Of a DNA stretch of 64,000 nt, positions 34,060 through 45,988 are shown piece after piece. The notes beneath the pieces were generated by a model, which was not told where the DNA came from, searched no databases, and worked only from the letters and a program-made list of their open reading frames with translations. The stretch lies in assembly GCF_000281045.1 (NCBI RefSeq), contig NW_008246090.1:569653-633652 (forward strand). Reading direction: 5' to 3'. Source of the DNA: Saprolegnia diclina VS20 (Eukaryota). The translations under genes were made by a program, and so were the position numbers. Each line of letters starts with the position of its first letter. The stretch's first letter is position 1.

Positions 34060-35313
34060 CTACGCATCGGGGTCGATTTGCCCGAGGGCATCGGCGATGC
34101 GAAGGAGGCTAAACGTCTCGGCGCTCTCGAGCCCGTCCATGGACGAGCTGCGGGCGGTCGACTGAAAGCTGTGGCTCGACCTACCGGCGAGCGCAGCGAG
34201 GCGTGCGTCATCGAGCGGCGTCTCGGCGTCGCGCTCGAGGCACTTGGCGCACATCCGGATCTTCATGGGCCCACGCGCAAGCGCAACAATGTGAATCGAT
34301 GAGCAGGCGGCGCACACGACTTCGCCGCACGTCCGGCAGTGGTGCCGGCGGCGAAACGTAGTAAACTCTGCATCGCACTGCAAGCAGCTCGGACGGTCGT
34401 CGTCCTTGATCCACTGCGACTCGGCGACGAGCGACTTGACTTTGGAGGCTTGTAGCGTCAAAATCGCTGGCTGCAGCTGCGAGAGCATGTTCCAGACGAC
34501 ACGGGCGCCCGCGGGCATAAGGCGCTTGTCGCTCGACTGGCATCGGCACGAAACGCGCAGCGAATGCGGCGCAACTTCTTCGACGACGAGACCGAGCTCC
34601 CACGACATGCGCTTGTACTTGTTGACGTGGTAGAGCAGATTCGGCGTCGGGTGGTGCATCGGCTGCAGCGTCCAGACCAGAGTGCGGGCGGCCGCATTCG
34701 GCGGGCCCACAATGTGCGCATACGACCGCATGCAAAACCCCTTGTCCTTGGCGAGCACGGTCGAGGACTTGAGCGCAAACCAGTTGACAGTCGAGAACAC
34801 CGACGCGTCTACAGAGCAATCGTAAGCATTTGGGCAAGGAACCGAGCGCGTACCGATCGGGGACGACGAGAGGATTGCACCATCGACAAAGTCGTTGCCG
34901 TGCAAGAGCTTCATGGTCGCTCGGAAATCCGACGTCTGGCGCACGCAGAGAAGGCTCTGAATGTCGTGGAGCGAGCAGCCCTCGAGGGTCGTGACGCCGT
35001 GGTACGTAAACACGGGCGGTGCGAGCGCCAAGGTCGAGGACGACCCGAGCGACGAGCAGTTGGAGGTCGCCGATACCATGGACGAGTCGCTCTCGGTGCC
35101 ATCAACCCGTTGTCGCTTGACACGCTTCTTCTGAAAGAGCTGCAACGCGCCCTTTTCCTTGATCTTTTTCCACTCGTCGGCCGCCCGCGCGCGCGTGCAC
35201 TCGTCGAGGTAGTAGTGCAGAATCCCGCGCACTTCGCGCGCAGCATCCGTGTTTGCGCTCGCGCTCGAGGCCGCCGACGACGTCGTGGGGGTGTGTTGGT
35301 GGCGCGGCAGCAT
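34060..35313 (-). CDS. START-like domain + C-terminal FYVE finger protein
   Basis: WKKIKEKGALQLF...TSDFRATMKLLHGNDFVDGAIL...VNWFALK (START-like), then WIKDDDRPSCLQCDAEFTTFRRRHHCRTCGEVVCAAC...RMCAKC; intronless. Confidence 0.85.
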   Translation of the reverse strand: MLPRHQHTPTTSSAASSASANTDAAREVRGILHYYLDECTRARAADEWKKIKEKGALQLFQKKRVKRQRVDGTESDSSMVSATSNCSSLGSSSTLALAPPVFTYHGVTTLEGCSLHDIQSLLCVRQTSDFRATMKLLHGNDFVDGAILSSSPIGTRSVPCPNAYDCSVDASVFSTVNWFALKSSTVLAKDKGFCMRSYAHIVGPPNAAARTLVWTLQPMHHPTPNLLYHVNKYKRMSWELGLVVEEVAPHSLRVSCRCQSSDKRLMPAGARVVWNMLSQLQPAILTLQASKVKSLVAESQWIKDDDRPSCLQCDAEFTTFRRRHHCRTCGEVVCAACSSIHIVALARGPMKIRMCAKCLERDAETPLDDARLAALAGRSSHSFQSTARSSSMDGLESAETFSLLRIADALGQIDPDA

Positions 35314-35945
35314 CTTTTGCAATCGAGACGACGGTCCTCTACGTCAAGCAGCCCATCTGGTGTCTTGGCGCGCTTCTCTTCGCTTGTGTAGTGTATAAAA
35401 CAGGGACAACTCTCAGGGACGCATACAAAAACGCAGTGTCGGTAGTCGAATGATGGTCTTTGCAAATGGCAATCTAATATTTGAAAAAGTGCAATGTCGC
35501 GCGCCTGGATCTCCTCAGAATAGCGCCACAAGTCGCTATACCGCACGACTGTCGCGTAGGTCCAAGGCAACAAAGACACGCCACAATGGTCTCGATCTCG
35601 AGAGAGGCCTCGCTATTGTGTATGCATGGATGCTCCGTCGCGTACACTGTACGACGCGCGACGCTGTATTCCCGACCTACGCAAATTCGGCGCATTTTTT
35701 TGTCACCCACCAATGGCGCCAGCGAATCTGGCGCCGCATCCGACCGCGTGAACGGTGACGTAGAGCTGTGACGTAGACGTTGAATAGAAGCGCTGCGCAG
35801 TGGTCGGTACACTCGTCTCGCACCTCGTGTCAGCTGGCGCGCGACTCCGCCACGCGTTCGACAGCAGTTCGAGCAGCAGCAGCTGCAGCAGCCGCCCGCG
35901 TCGTGACAATTTTTCATTTCGGACGCTACGTGTCTGGTTCTAACG

Positions 35946-38900
35946 TTACTCGACGTCGGCGTCCGCCGAGGCAGCTGCGTTCTTGGTCTTGGCGCCGGCG
36001 AGACTCTCGAGCGACGCGATGCCGTCTTCGATGCCCATCTCGGCGCACTGCGAGGCAAACTGCACCTTGTCGTCGCGCGGGAGTCCCACAAGCTGCAGCA
36101 ACGACGTGTCCCATTGGTCTGCCGTCACGGCACTCTGCAGTCGATTGAAAAACTGAACGATGTGCATCAACTGCGTCGTGCTGAGGTGGTTGGTGAGGTC
36201 CTGAGCCTTTTTTCCGAGCCGCGGGTGGCCGTGCATATGATCGGCCCAAAACAGTGCGTCGTGGAGCTGGCGCACCTCGTTGGCGTCGAGGGCGGCCGCA
36301 TCAAAGCTGCCGCGACGGTCGCCCGCGCCGCGATCGGTCTTGCGCAAGAGCGCAATGAGTTTGGTCTTGGCGTCAAGGACCTGGTCGAGCATCTCGGCCT
36401 TTGCCGTCGCCTCCATCGTGTCGAGGGCCGCCAACGACCGCGGCTTGGTATTCGTCGTGCAGTTGGACACGACGTTCCAGTACGTGTCGTGACCTGTCAC
36501 GTGGTCGCGGGACGGTAGCCACGCGTACTCTTCAATGTCTTTATAGTGAGTGCGGTGGTGCAAAAGCTTGATTGCAAAGCTCTGCGCCTCGACCTTGGCG
36601 AGGACTTTAGTCTGCACTTTGTGAGACGCCGCGGCCAGCGATTGTGTCAGTCGCCCGAGGGGGCCGCCACTCTCGCGGTCGATCGGGCGAAGGTCCCGGA
36701 GCGGAAGAAGCACCGACTTGTGTGCATCCGCGATAAAGACGAGTACGTTCCCAGACGCGGCAAGCGTGTTGGTCGAGACCTAGCCATGAGCGCCGCATAG
36801 AACGCGAGATGCCATAGTGGACGTACGACAGTGGCAGCGCACGCCTTGAACTCGCCACGCGTGACGAGCACCGGTGCGTCGTACGTGCACCATGGCGGGG
36901 GGCCTAGTAACCGTGATGATCGTCATATTGTACAACAGTGCCCATAATCGAGTACCGTTGCTATAGTCGTACGTAGAGAGCCCCAGTGCGTCCTTGATGG
37001 CGGCTTTGCGTGCGGCAACCGCGGCGGCTTCGGCGTCCGTATCCGACGCCAGCACCTGCGCGACGCCAATGGCTTTCTTCAGCTTGTACGCGAGGCCGCT
37101 TCGGACCACGTCGTCCTTGACCCGCTGCTGGACGATCCAGTTGGTCCGGCGAATCTACAGGGTTCAGTTTGAGGCAATGGCGGATCGAGAAGCGTCGACC
37201 AGCTTCATGTACGACTTGCCCTCGACGCGCCCCTTCATCGCTACACCCCATGTGACATACGAGTACGCGATATTCCACCAAAGGTACCGCGAAACGCTGC
37301 TTGGATCATGCGCGCCGCCACGTCTTGCTTAGCGAACTCGAGCTCGCTGAGCTGCGCCGACACGACACTGTTGACGACGCTCGCCTGCGCACGCCGCGCC
37401 GCGTCGTTTGCCCGCGCGTCCAGAATCGCCTTGGCTGCTGTTGGCAGGTACGCGACGCGTTCGATTCCGTGGTGCTGCCGCTGGCCCTTGCGATGAAAGC
37501 TCGAGTAGCATTTTTTGCAAAAATAGTCGGTGCAGACAGTACACCGCCACGCGCCAACCTTGGCTTGGCACTCGACGCAGAGCGCGACAAGCGGTGTGAA
37601 CGTATGCGGCCGCGTGCGGTGGTAGTGGGGGTAGCACGCGTCGCAGTACGGCGCATGGCCGTCGATGCACTACGTGCATAGTTGTGAGACAGAAGGTCCC
37701 TACCCCTACACGTCCTACTTGGTTGCACTGGCGCGTCGCGGTCTGCGTCGTGCAGAGACGGCAGAGCGCGATCGGGAGAGTCGCATGCGAAGCAAATGCA
37801 GCGCGCTTGTGGTCGCGGGCAAAGCAGTCGGCGCAGACCGCATCGTCGCACTCCTACATGTCTTGCGTTGCCCCGCACACTCGAGAAGCAAGGACGTACG
37901 AGACAGTAGATGGTCGCTTTCTCGCTGGGCGTCGACTCGTGCTTCATACCTACCGAGCGCATCAAACCCGCTCATCCATGCACCAAACGCGCAGCGTACA
38001 ATAGACAATGTACTCTTCGTCGGGCGGCGGCAGCTGGATCGAGACGTTGGGGGCCATGTCCCGCAGCAGCGCAGGCCGCGAGTACGTTGTCACGCCCGTG
38101 ACGAGGTTCTTGTACGACTTGGCGCCCGACTTCCAATTCACGTACTCGACGTACGTTTCCCGGACGAGCGCGTCGAACTGGAGCCGGGCACGGCGGCTGC
38201 GCCACCAGTTTTGTACCAGTAACGCAGTGGTGCCCTGCGCCTTGCGGACTTGGGCGTCGCGGAAGCGGACCTACACCCCATCACTACTATGTGCATCGTA
38301 GCGTGTTGCGTACGAGGAACACGGCGCGGCGGGCGCGCTGGAGCCCGTGTCGGAACGTGGTTTGGATGACGTGGGCCGCCCAGTGCGCGCGGTCGGAGGC
38401 CAATGCCGCGAGTTGCAGTCGGAACGGCTCGCCCAGCTTGGACGGGAGCACGTACTTTTGCAGAAAGAGCAGATACCGCGTTGAGGGTTGCAACGTGGGC
38501 TCTGGCAACCGCGCCGACAGGAGATGGTTCATCGCCGTGTGGAACGCTGAAAATGGAATCGAGCGCGCCTTGCCGACTTTGACGTTGGCGAACGCGACGT
38601 CGACCGCGTGGAGTGGCAAGTGCACCTTGTGCAGCGCGCCCGGCGTGTCCTTGAAGAATTTGGAAAACCGCATGTTGTCTACCTGATGTTTCGATGGGAC
38701 TAGACCAAAGGGTTGCATACCGATTTCTGTCGCGTCGGGCGTGTTGCCGTAGCGACACAGCGCCAAGAAGAAGCTCTGCCACACACCGTAGCACCCATTG
38801 GTGACCCACGTCTTGCCGTCGACGCGGGACTGCAGCGGCCGCTGGACGCTCGCATTTGGGGCCACCTTGGTCGACGCCACGTACGGAAACTGGTAGCTCC

Positions 38901-41425
38901 AGAGCAGCAATGTGTCTTGGACGAAGCGCAGTGTCGACGGTAGCCGCACCGCGCCAATGGCATGCAGTTCGAGTCGCCGCTGCCGCATTTGCACCAAGCG
39001 CAGGAACACACGCTGCTGCAAAAACATGCGAGCGACGGCCTGTATCCGCACGGCCGCACGCCGCTTGCGCCGAAAGCCGACGAGGCTTTTCCTAGCATAA
39101 GTGATGAGAGACTGCAATTTGTCCAGTTGACAACTTTTGTAGCCAATGGCGCTTGATGAGGCCCACGGCATGGACGTAGCGCTGTAGGTCGAGAATCGCC
39201 TGGCGCGCCTTGCGACTGCGAAAGAGCACTTGGATCCGGCGTGCGTACGCGTGCACCTTGAGGCGCCAGTAGCGCAGTCGGCCGAGCATGCCGCGCACAA
39301 GGCGCTGGATCGCGGTTGCGGCCACGTGCTGTTGCCGCCGGTGACGCCGGCGCGTCGCTTCATCCGACCGCTTGCGCAGTCGCCGGACGCGGCGCCGGGT
39401 CGTGGCACCACGCAACGCAGCCTGGAGCGTTGTGGCCGCCTTGTGCTTTTGCTCGAGCGACGGTTCACGCCAGGCTTTGGTGACCGTGTCGGTGACTTGC
39501 AGCAGTAGTTTGTTGACGCCTTTGGCTTGCGACCGCTGCCGAGTGAGCTGGCGCTGGTCTTTTCGAAACGTTTTTTTAGCGAGCTTGCGCGCCTTGATGG
39601 CCTTGGCGCGCGCCTTCTGGAGCTGTTTCAACTGGCACTGGGATCGATACCGGCGGTACGCACGCTGAATGATGCTGGCCGCGGGGCCCATGCGAAGCGC
39701 ATACCGTCGACGCAGTCGATATGCAGCCATCATGCGCCACCATGCTTGGAGTTGGATCACTTTGAGGACGCTCTTGGCGTGGCGTCGACGCATGGCCGCA
39801 AACTTGGCCTTGCGTGCAACCCGGCGCTTGCGCACAGTCCGCTGCACGAGCAACACGGCGCCGATCAAGCGCACGTCGTACGCTTTGGTCGCCGCCACCG
39901 CCGCCGCGTACTGCGCACGCAGTGCCACTGCCTCTAGCTTTCGCAGCAGTGTCCGGAGCCGTCGGGCGAGCCAGCCCCGCACATATGCCTGCAGCGTGAT
40001 CGATGCCGCCGTCTCTTTTTGGCGCCGCACCAGCTGTAGAAAGCGCGCCCAGAGCGCCGTGCGCTGGCGGTAAAACCGCTGCAGGCGGATGGCCGCCGAA
40101 ATGCGGGCTGCCGCTCGCGCGCGGGCACACGCAAGAGCATAGCTGCGAACCGCGCGCGTGAGCACGCGCGCGGCGGCGTCCTTCTTTGTGAGCAGCCGCG
40201 CAAGGAGACGCGCCTCGCGTTCTCGCTGCTGCTCGACCAAGTGGCGTCGCAGGCGGCGCTCGTGGCGGGCGACAGCTTGGCGCCACGCGCATTGGACAAC
40301 AAGGGCCGCCGCGCTGTAAGCGATGACGCGGCATGCAAGCGTGCTTGTGCGCCAAGATGCAAAGCCGTAGACAAGGGCGTTGTAGCGCATGCGGACCAGC
40401 GCTGCATGGACGCGGTCCATCGCCTGGTGGATATGCTTGGACGCGTATGGGCCTTTTCCAAACCCATACAAGACATCCAGGGGCAGCCAGCGCTGGACGC
40501 TGTCGAGCGCCGAGTGGAGCGACGTGGTGGCCGCGGTCACGCGGCCCTCTTGCATCTTTGCGTCGGCTAGGTGCGATGCGTGCTGCTGGTGCACGTAGGT
40601 CAAATGCTGTTTCTCTAGTTCGCGGTGCCACGCCAGCCACGTGGCCAGAACGCTGTCCGAGACGTCGCAATCATTGTGTTGCATTTGCTTGGCGTCGTTG
40701 GCTTCCGTGTCGTGTGACAGAGACCGCGTCGATGGTGTCATCAGTAGCGTGGACCGGCGCGCGGTAGTCTCACGCCGGGAGCGCAAAAGCACGTTGACGT
40801 CTTCGAGCGCCATGCGACTCCGCTCGACAGCGTCGATCGCGAGTGCCGGCGCACTGCGTTGCCGGCGTCGACCGAGCAAGACTGGCTTGGTGGGACTCGT
40901 GCCCCGCTGCAGATTGCCATACACGTTGTGGCGGTGGTGGAGCCGGCCCAAGGACGTGACGTGGCGCGCGTGAATGGCCTCGTCCGCAAACGCTTCGAGC
41001 TGGTTGACGGCTGCGAGGTCGGCCTCGCGAGGCTTGGGCAAGCGCGCGACCCACTGCCGCGTTCGCGGCGTCAGCACGTGCAACATGGGCAGCGAGAGCG
41101 CCTCTTGCAGTGGGGCGACGACGGGCGTGCTGCTGCACCGCCGCGCGCCGCGCAGACTGCCATGGCGCGTCGGCGACGTTTCAAGCGCCGCCGGTTGGAG
41201 CAACTCGGCGACCATGGCGGGCTGGTGCAAGTAGGCGTCGAGCGATGGACGCGGTGCGGGCACGTCGCGCGGCCGCTTCTTGGACCGCTTTGGTGCGTCC
41301 AGGCGCGCATGGGAGCGCTGCAGCACGTGACGCCACTGCGTCGGGTTGTACGCCTCGCACTTTTCAAGGTCGAGCGCGAGCTTGATGTACGCGCCAAGGC
41401 TGGCGTCGTCGCCGCGCTCTGCCAT
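35946..41425 (-). CDS. Large multi-exon protein: many IQ motifs, p25-alpha/TPPP-like domain, WW-like motifs, three B-box-like fingers
   Basis: IQ motifs (ITLQAYVRGWLARR, TLQAALRGATTRR, AIQRLVRGMLGR, MIQAAFR). p25alpha-like VDNMRFSKFFKD...AVDVAFANVKVGKARSIPFSAFHTAMNHL (~38520-38690). B-box-like ECDDAVCADCFARDH, CRLC..CNQ|C...YCDACYPHYH and CVECQ...CTVCTDYFCKKCYSSFHRKG. WW-like AWLPSRDHVTGHDTYWNVVSNCTTNTKP. A single-gene model is inferred from phase-compatible introns. Confidence 0.7.
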
Positions 41426-41891
41426 CGGGTATATGTGAAACCGCGATGCGCCGTTTCGCTCCGTGATTCCAGCCTGTCGTCAGCGACTTGTAAGACAGAT
41501 TGTCCAGTCTCCACATCGTCGCCAAGGCCCGCAAGCTCCTGGAGCATACAACTATGATGACGATGAATTGAGCTACAGGCTCCCGACAGGTTTCAATTGA
41601 CAAAGTTTCAAAGGCAAAATAGTAGAAAAGAAAGATAGTTGATGTTAGCGTAGCCGAAAAAGCAGACTAGATATAAAACGTATACAAAGGGTCCAGGTCG
41701 TGCCTCATACTGACGTGCAAATCATGGGGTATCCAGCATTGCATTCGGATGAGCGAGTTTTGATCATTGGCACGACCGTTGGACAGGGAGAGACGAAACG
41801 CGGCGGCGGCGTGGTGTACCAAAGCGTCATGTATTCACAAGAGGTTAGCAAACCATGACGTGCGCCAAAGGCTGAGGCCGCTTGTAGCCAT

Positions 41892-42577
41892 TTACAAGGG
41901 GATGAAGCGGTTCTGGTGCATGGCGTTGATACCGGGGCGACCGTGGGCGACGGGCTTGTACGTGATCGAGAGTTCACCAAGGTAGTGACCGACCATCTCG
42001 GGCTAGACATACAGAATGAGCGCCTGCCCGGGTGTCGGGATATATCAGAAAAGCTCTCTTGGGTCGCCCCGTACACAGAACGGTCACAAAGGGAGGAGAG
42101 TCGAGGCGCGTGACGTAGCCACGGCCTGCTCTTCGGGTACAAAGGCCCTCCTCCCCCGAGAGCTGTGATATATGTTCTGGAACACACCTTGATTTCGACA
42201 CCGTTGAACGACTTGCCGTTGTAGATACCGATGACCGAGCCGATCATCTCGGGGACGACGATCATGTTACGGAGGTGCGTCTTGATACCACGCGGGCGCT
42301 CAAGGGGCTTGGCCTCCTGCTTGGCCTTGCGCAGGCGCTTGATGAGCGCCATCGGCTTGCGCTTAAGACCACGCGAGAAGCGGCGGCGGGCGCGCGCGTT
42401 CACGAGGTCCATGAGCTCTTCGTGGTTGAGGTCGAGGAGCTTGTCAAGGTCCACGCCACGGTACGTGAACTTCTTGAAGGCGCGCTTCTTGCGGGCCGCA
42501 GCGATTTCGATCAGATCATGTTCGTCAGCCTACGCACCATGAGCCTTGGCTCTAAGACGCCGCTAAGACGCTACCAT
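41892..42577 (-). CDS. RPS15: 40S ribosomal protein S15 (uS19)
   Basis: M|ADEHDL...[16 protein letters not shown]...[56 protein letters not shown]. Introns 42530-42574 and 42003-42187. Confidence 0.97.
42003..42187 (-). other. Unusually long, extensively base-paired RPS15 intron (candidate intronic RNA or regulatory structure)
   Basis: Nested inverted repeats: 42040-42047/42166-42173, 42052-42058/42158-42164, 42091-42098/42148-42155 and 42123-42127/42143-42147. Confidence 0.5.
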
Positions 42578-42888
42578 GGTGTTCGTTTGGTACACTTTGG
42601 AAAGTGAAAACTCACGCGAGTTTGCCGTCGCCGTTGATTGGCCGAAACGACTGGCTATGGGCCCCTCCTGTCTCAAGCACCATACATTTCCTAAGTCCGC
42701 CTCGCTCGTCTAAGTGCGCTTTAAATCCAACGATTTAATTCTACATACAAACCACAACATATACAATACGAAACAGGGCCAAGTGCAATTTGGTTGGAGT
42801 TGGTGCACTGGTCGGGCGACTAACTAACAAGCGCAAATCATTAACAAAAAAGGCGTGTGTCTCCCCAAGGTTAAACGACTACGTCAAG
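42578..42888. promoter_or_regulatory. Putative bidirectional promoter between RPS15 and RPLP0
   Basis: 311 bp between divergent start codons; gattgg (CCAAT) box at 42636-42641; locally AT-rich. Confidence 0.6.
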
Positions 42889-43839
42889 ATGGGCATCTCT
42901 ATGGAACGCAAGGGCGAATACTTTGTCAAGCTCGAGGGCTTGCTCGGTGACTACACCAAGATCTTCCTCGTGACGGTCGACAACGTCGGCTCGAACCAGA
43001 TCCAGCAGATCCGTATCGCGCTCCGCGGCACGGGCGAGGTGCTCATGGGCAAGAACACGATGATCCGCAAGGTCTTCGCCAACTTCCTCAAGAAGAACCC
43101 GGGCCACCCGCTTGAGCAGCTCATCCCGCTCCTCCGCGGCAACGTCGGCTTTGTCTTCACCAACTCGGACCTCGGCGAGGTGCGCAAGGTGCTTGACGAC
43201 AACAAGGTCCCGGCCCCGGCCCGTATCGGTGCCATCGCCCCCGTCGATGTGTGGTGCCCGGCTGGTCCCACCGGCTGCGACCCCGGCCAGACCTCGTTCT
43301 TCCAGGCCCTCCAGATCGGTACCAAGATCCAGAAGGGTCAGATTGAAATCGTCTCGGACGTGCTCCTCACCAAGAAGGGCGAGAAGGTCGGCAACTCGGA
43401 GGCTGCGCTCCTCCAGAAGCTCAACATCCGCCCGTTCTCGTACGGTATGTCGATCGTGACGGTCTACGACAACGGCTCGATGTTCGACCCCGCTGTCCTC
43501 GACCTTACGGAGGACGACCTCGTCAACAAGTTTGTCGCTGGTCTCCGCAACGTCGCCGCCGTCTCGCTCGCGCTTGGCTTCCCCACGCTCGCGTCGATCC
43601 CGCACTCGATCGCCAACGCCTTCAAGACGCTCGTCGCTGTCGCCGTCGAGTGCGAGTCGTTCTCGTTCAAGAAGGCCGACCCGTTCAAGGCCTTCCTTGC
43701 CGACCCGTCGGCCTTTGCCGCTGCCGCCCCGGCTGCCGGCGGTGCCGCCCCGGCCGCCGCTGCCGTCGAGGAGAAGAAGGCTGAGTCGGAGGAGGACGTC
43801 ACGGCCGCTGGCATGTTCGGCGGTGGCTCGGACTACTAA
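42889..43839 (+). CDS. RPLP0: 60S acidic ribosomal protein P0 (uL10)
   Basis: VDNVGSNQIQQIRIALRG..VLMGKNTMIRK, GPTGCDPGQTSFFQAL, Ala-rich hinge and acidic tail; intronless. Confidence 0.98.
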   Translation: MGISMERKGEYFVKLEGLLGDYTKIFLVTVDNVGSNQIQQIRIALRGTGEVLMGKNTMIRKVFANFLKKNPGHPLEQLIPLLRGNVGFVFTNSDLGEVRKVLDDNKVPAPARIGAIAPVDVWCPAGPTGCDPGQTSFFQALQIGTKIQKGQIEIVSDVLLTKKGEKVGNSEAALLQKLNIRPFSYGMSIVTVYDNGSMFDPAVLDLTEDDLVNKFVAGLRNVAAVSLALGFPTLASIPHSIANAFKTLVAVAVECESFSFKKADPFKAFLADPSAFAAAAPAAGGAAPAAAAVEEKKAESEEDVTAAGMFGGGSDY

Positions 43840-44441
43840 GCGACTAGTCGTTTCCATCTCACCTTGGGTTTCGAGAAGCAATAAGATCTACCTAAGACTG
43901 CGTTGCCTCTCATCATAAGCATTTTTGTCGCCTTCTGCAAATGCTGCAAGAAGACCGTGCAAGCGGACGGGGGGCGGTGGGTTGGATTTGGCCGGTGATC
44001 GACTCAGTGACCCGAAGAGGAGACAGGAGTCGTGCAGCCACTCGTCAACTCGAGTACACAGCAACCCCGTAAGGTTTGCTGGTGCATACGGTACGTCTTG
44101 AGCCCCTTGGTCGTCTTGGGTCGGTACCAGGTCGGAAGTATGTGTTGTCGAGGATCTAGTGCATGCATCATCGAGTGACCTCGTCGTCATCGCAGATGTT
44201 TGGGCTCCAACAAATACTAGAAGCCGACTGATTGAGCCGAGGCGGGCAGTCGTTGCAGAGGTATTCAAGCATCGATCAACAGTGTGTGGGCCCTTGTCTG
44301 AGACCAGTGACCAGTCTTCTACTCTCCCGACCCGATGAGCAAAGCAAGTCCAAGACGCAGTGACGTACATGTATTGTACTAGTACTTGGTTTGACACTCG
44401 TGGCGAAACGGCAGCAGGGTTTTTTCAGAAAGGCCGCCCGT

Positions 44442-45633
44442 ATGAGCCTCAAGGACGCGGCCGAGCGCGTGAGTGCGATCGAACAAGCCTTCCACGACGA
44501 CGCGAGTGCGTTGAGCGCGTCCAACTCGGACGCTGCGATGCGCTTGACGGTGCTTACGGCTGTGGGTCGCCACGGCGACGCGTTCACGGAAGCGGCGCAA
44601 GGAGGCCGCGCCGCCGAGGTCGAGCGGTACCTCGAGCAAGGCCTCGATGTCAACACCAAGCACTCGGTAGCCGCGATGCATTCGTGTCATTTTCATGCTG
44701 CTGCGACTAGGAGCTCGGGTGGACCGCGCTGCACATGGCGGCCGCCAACGGCCACGAAGACATTGTGCGGCTTCTGCTGCGACACGGCGCCGACCAATCC
44801 AAGATATCGTCGGTACTGTGGTCCTTGCATCGCGCACGCGTCGAGGCTATTCGATGCAAATAGAAGAAGGAGAAGACACCGCTCGAGCTCGCGGTGCAGC
44901 GCGGCCATAGCTCGATCGCCAACCTCCTTCGCAGTACTACGTCGAATGCTCGAGGTTGTGCCACTGTGATATTCACTTCGTAGAGGGTTCGTGGGGCAGC
45001 AGCTCGGCGTCGCACGAAGAGTTTGTCGAAGCCGGCCGGCGCGGCCTCACAGACGTGCTCCGGCGCCTCCTTGGGGACGGTGTCCAGGTTCACGTGACCA
45101 ACGTACAATATTGTCAACCGCACTTTCGAAAAAATGGACGTATTAGCGCTACGGTGTCTCGGCGCTCATGTTTGCTGCCGACCAAGGGCACGTTGAGGCG
45201 ACGCGTCTCCTGCTGCACCACGGCGCCGACCCGAAGAGCCTCACGGTACACCTGCGCCGTCCGACGCGGCTCACGTTGGCGGTGACTAGAAGTTTGGGCA
45301 GCCGCTCTTTCTGTCGGTGATTGACCACGGGCATACCAAGATCGCCCAGCTCTTTCTCGACTACGGCGCGCCCGTCCAGATGGCGACCGTGCGCATGGAC
45401 AGATCGCAAGCGGCGTTAAGATAGTATGCGTGGGATAGGACGACCTCGTGACGGGACTGCACATTGCGGCCGAGCGCGGGCACGCCGACTTGTGCCAGCT
45501 CCTTTTGCGCTACAACGCCGACAAGAGCGCGCGCACGGCGAGCGGCGACACGCCGTACCGCGTCGCGTACCGGAACGAGATGCTTGCGACTCAAACGACG
45601 AGCGGCGAGACGTTGGAAGTCTTACTGTCCTAA
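44442..45633 (+). CDS. Ankyrin repeat protein (multi-exon)
   Basis: ELGWTALHMAAANGHEDIVRLLLRHGAD, TPLELAVQRGHSSIANLL, ALMFAADQGHVEATRLLLHHGADP and TGLHIAAERGHADLCQLLLRYNAD. Confidence 0.85.
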
Positions 45634-45988
45634 GCGCCAAGTCCCATTTTCATGTCGAGGAAACCTCCAACTTTTCGCCTTGTCAGAGACTTAAGACACC
45701 TTGTCGTCGTCGCGGAATGTCGACGGCGCCTCGACGACATTTGTTTCGCTCTATTATTATATCTTCCGGCGAGTGCTGCTAGCTGAAATCAAAGTCGCGC
45801 GCCCCACCACCACACCTCGGGGGGCGTTCTTGCTGGGCGTGTTGCCGCGGGGCGTGTTGCTTGACGCTACCAACGTCGAAGTTGACAGTTTCCACGAACC
45901 TCCAACGCGCTGATAAGCTTCGATGGGACCACCAACGCCGATTCTCCGCTTCTCGGCCGACGCGACCCTCTTTTATTGTTGGGTCGAC

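Noticed and set aside
42003..42187. Canonical C/D snoRNA or TPP riboswitch in the RPS15 intron
   Set aside because: No RTGATGA C box near the 5' stem and no TPP aptamer core; kept only as an unclassified structured element.
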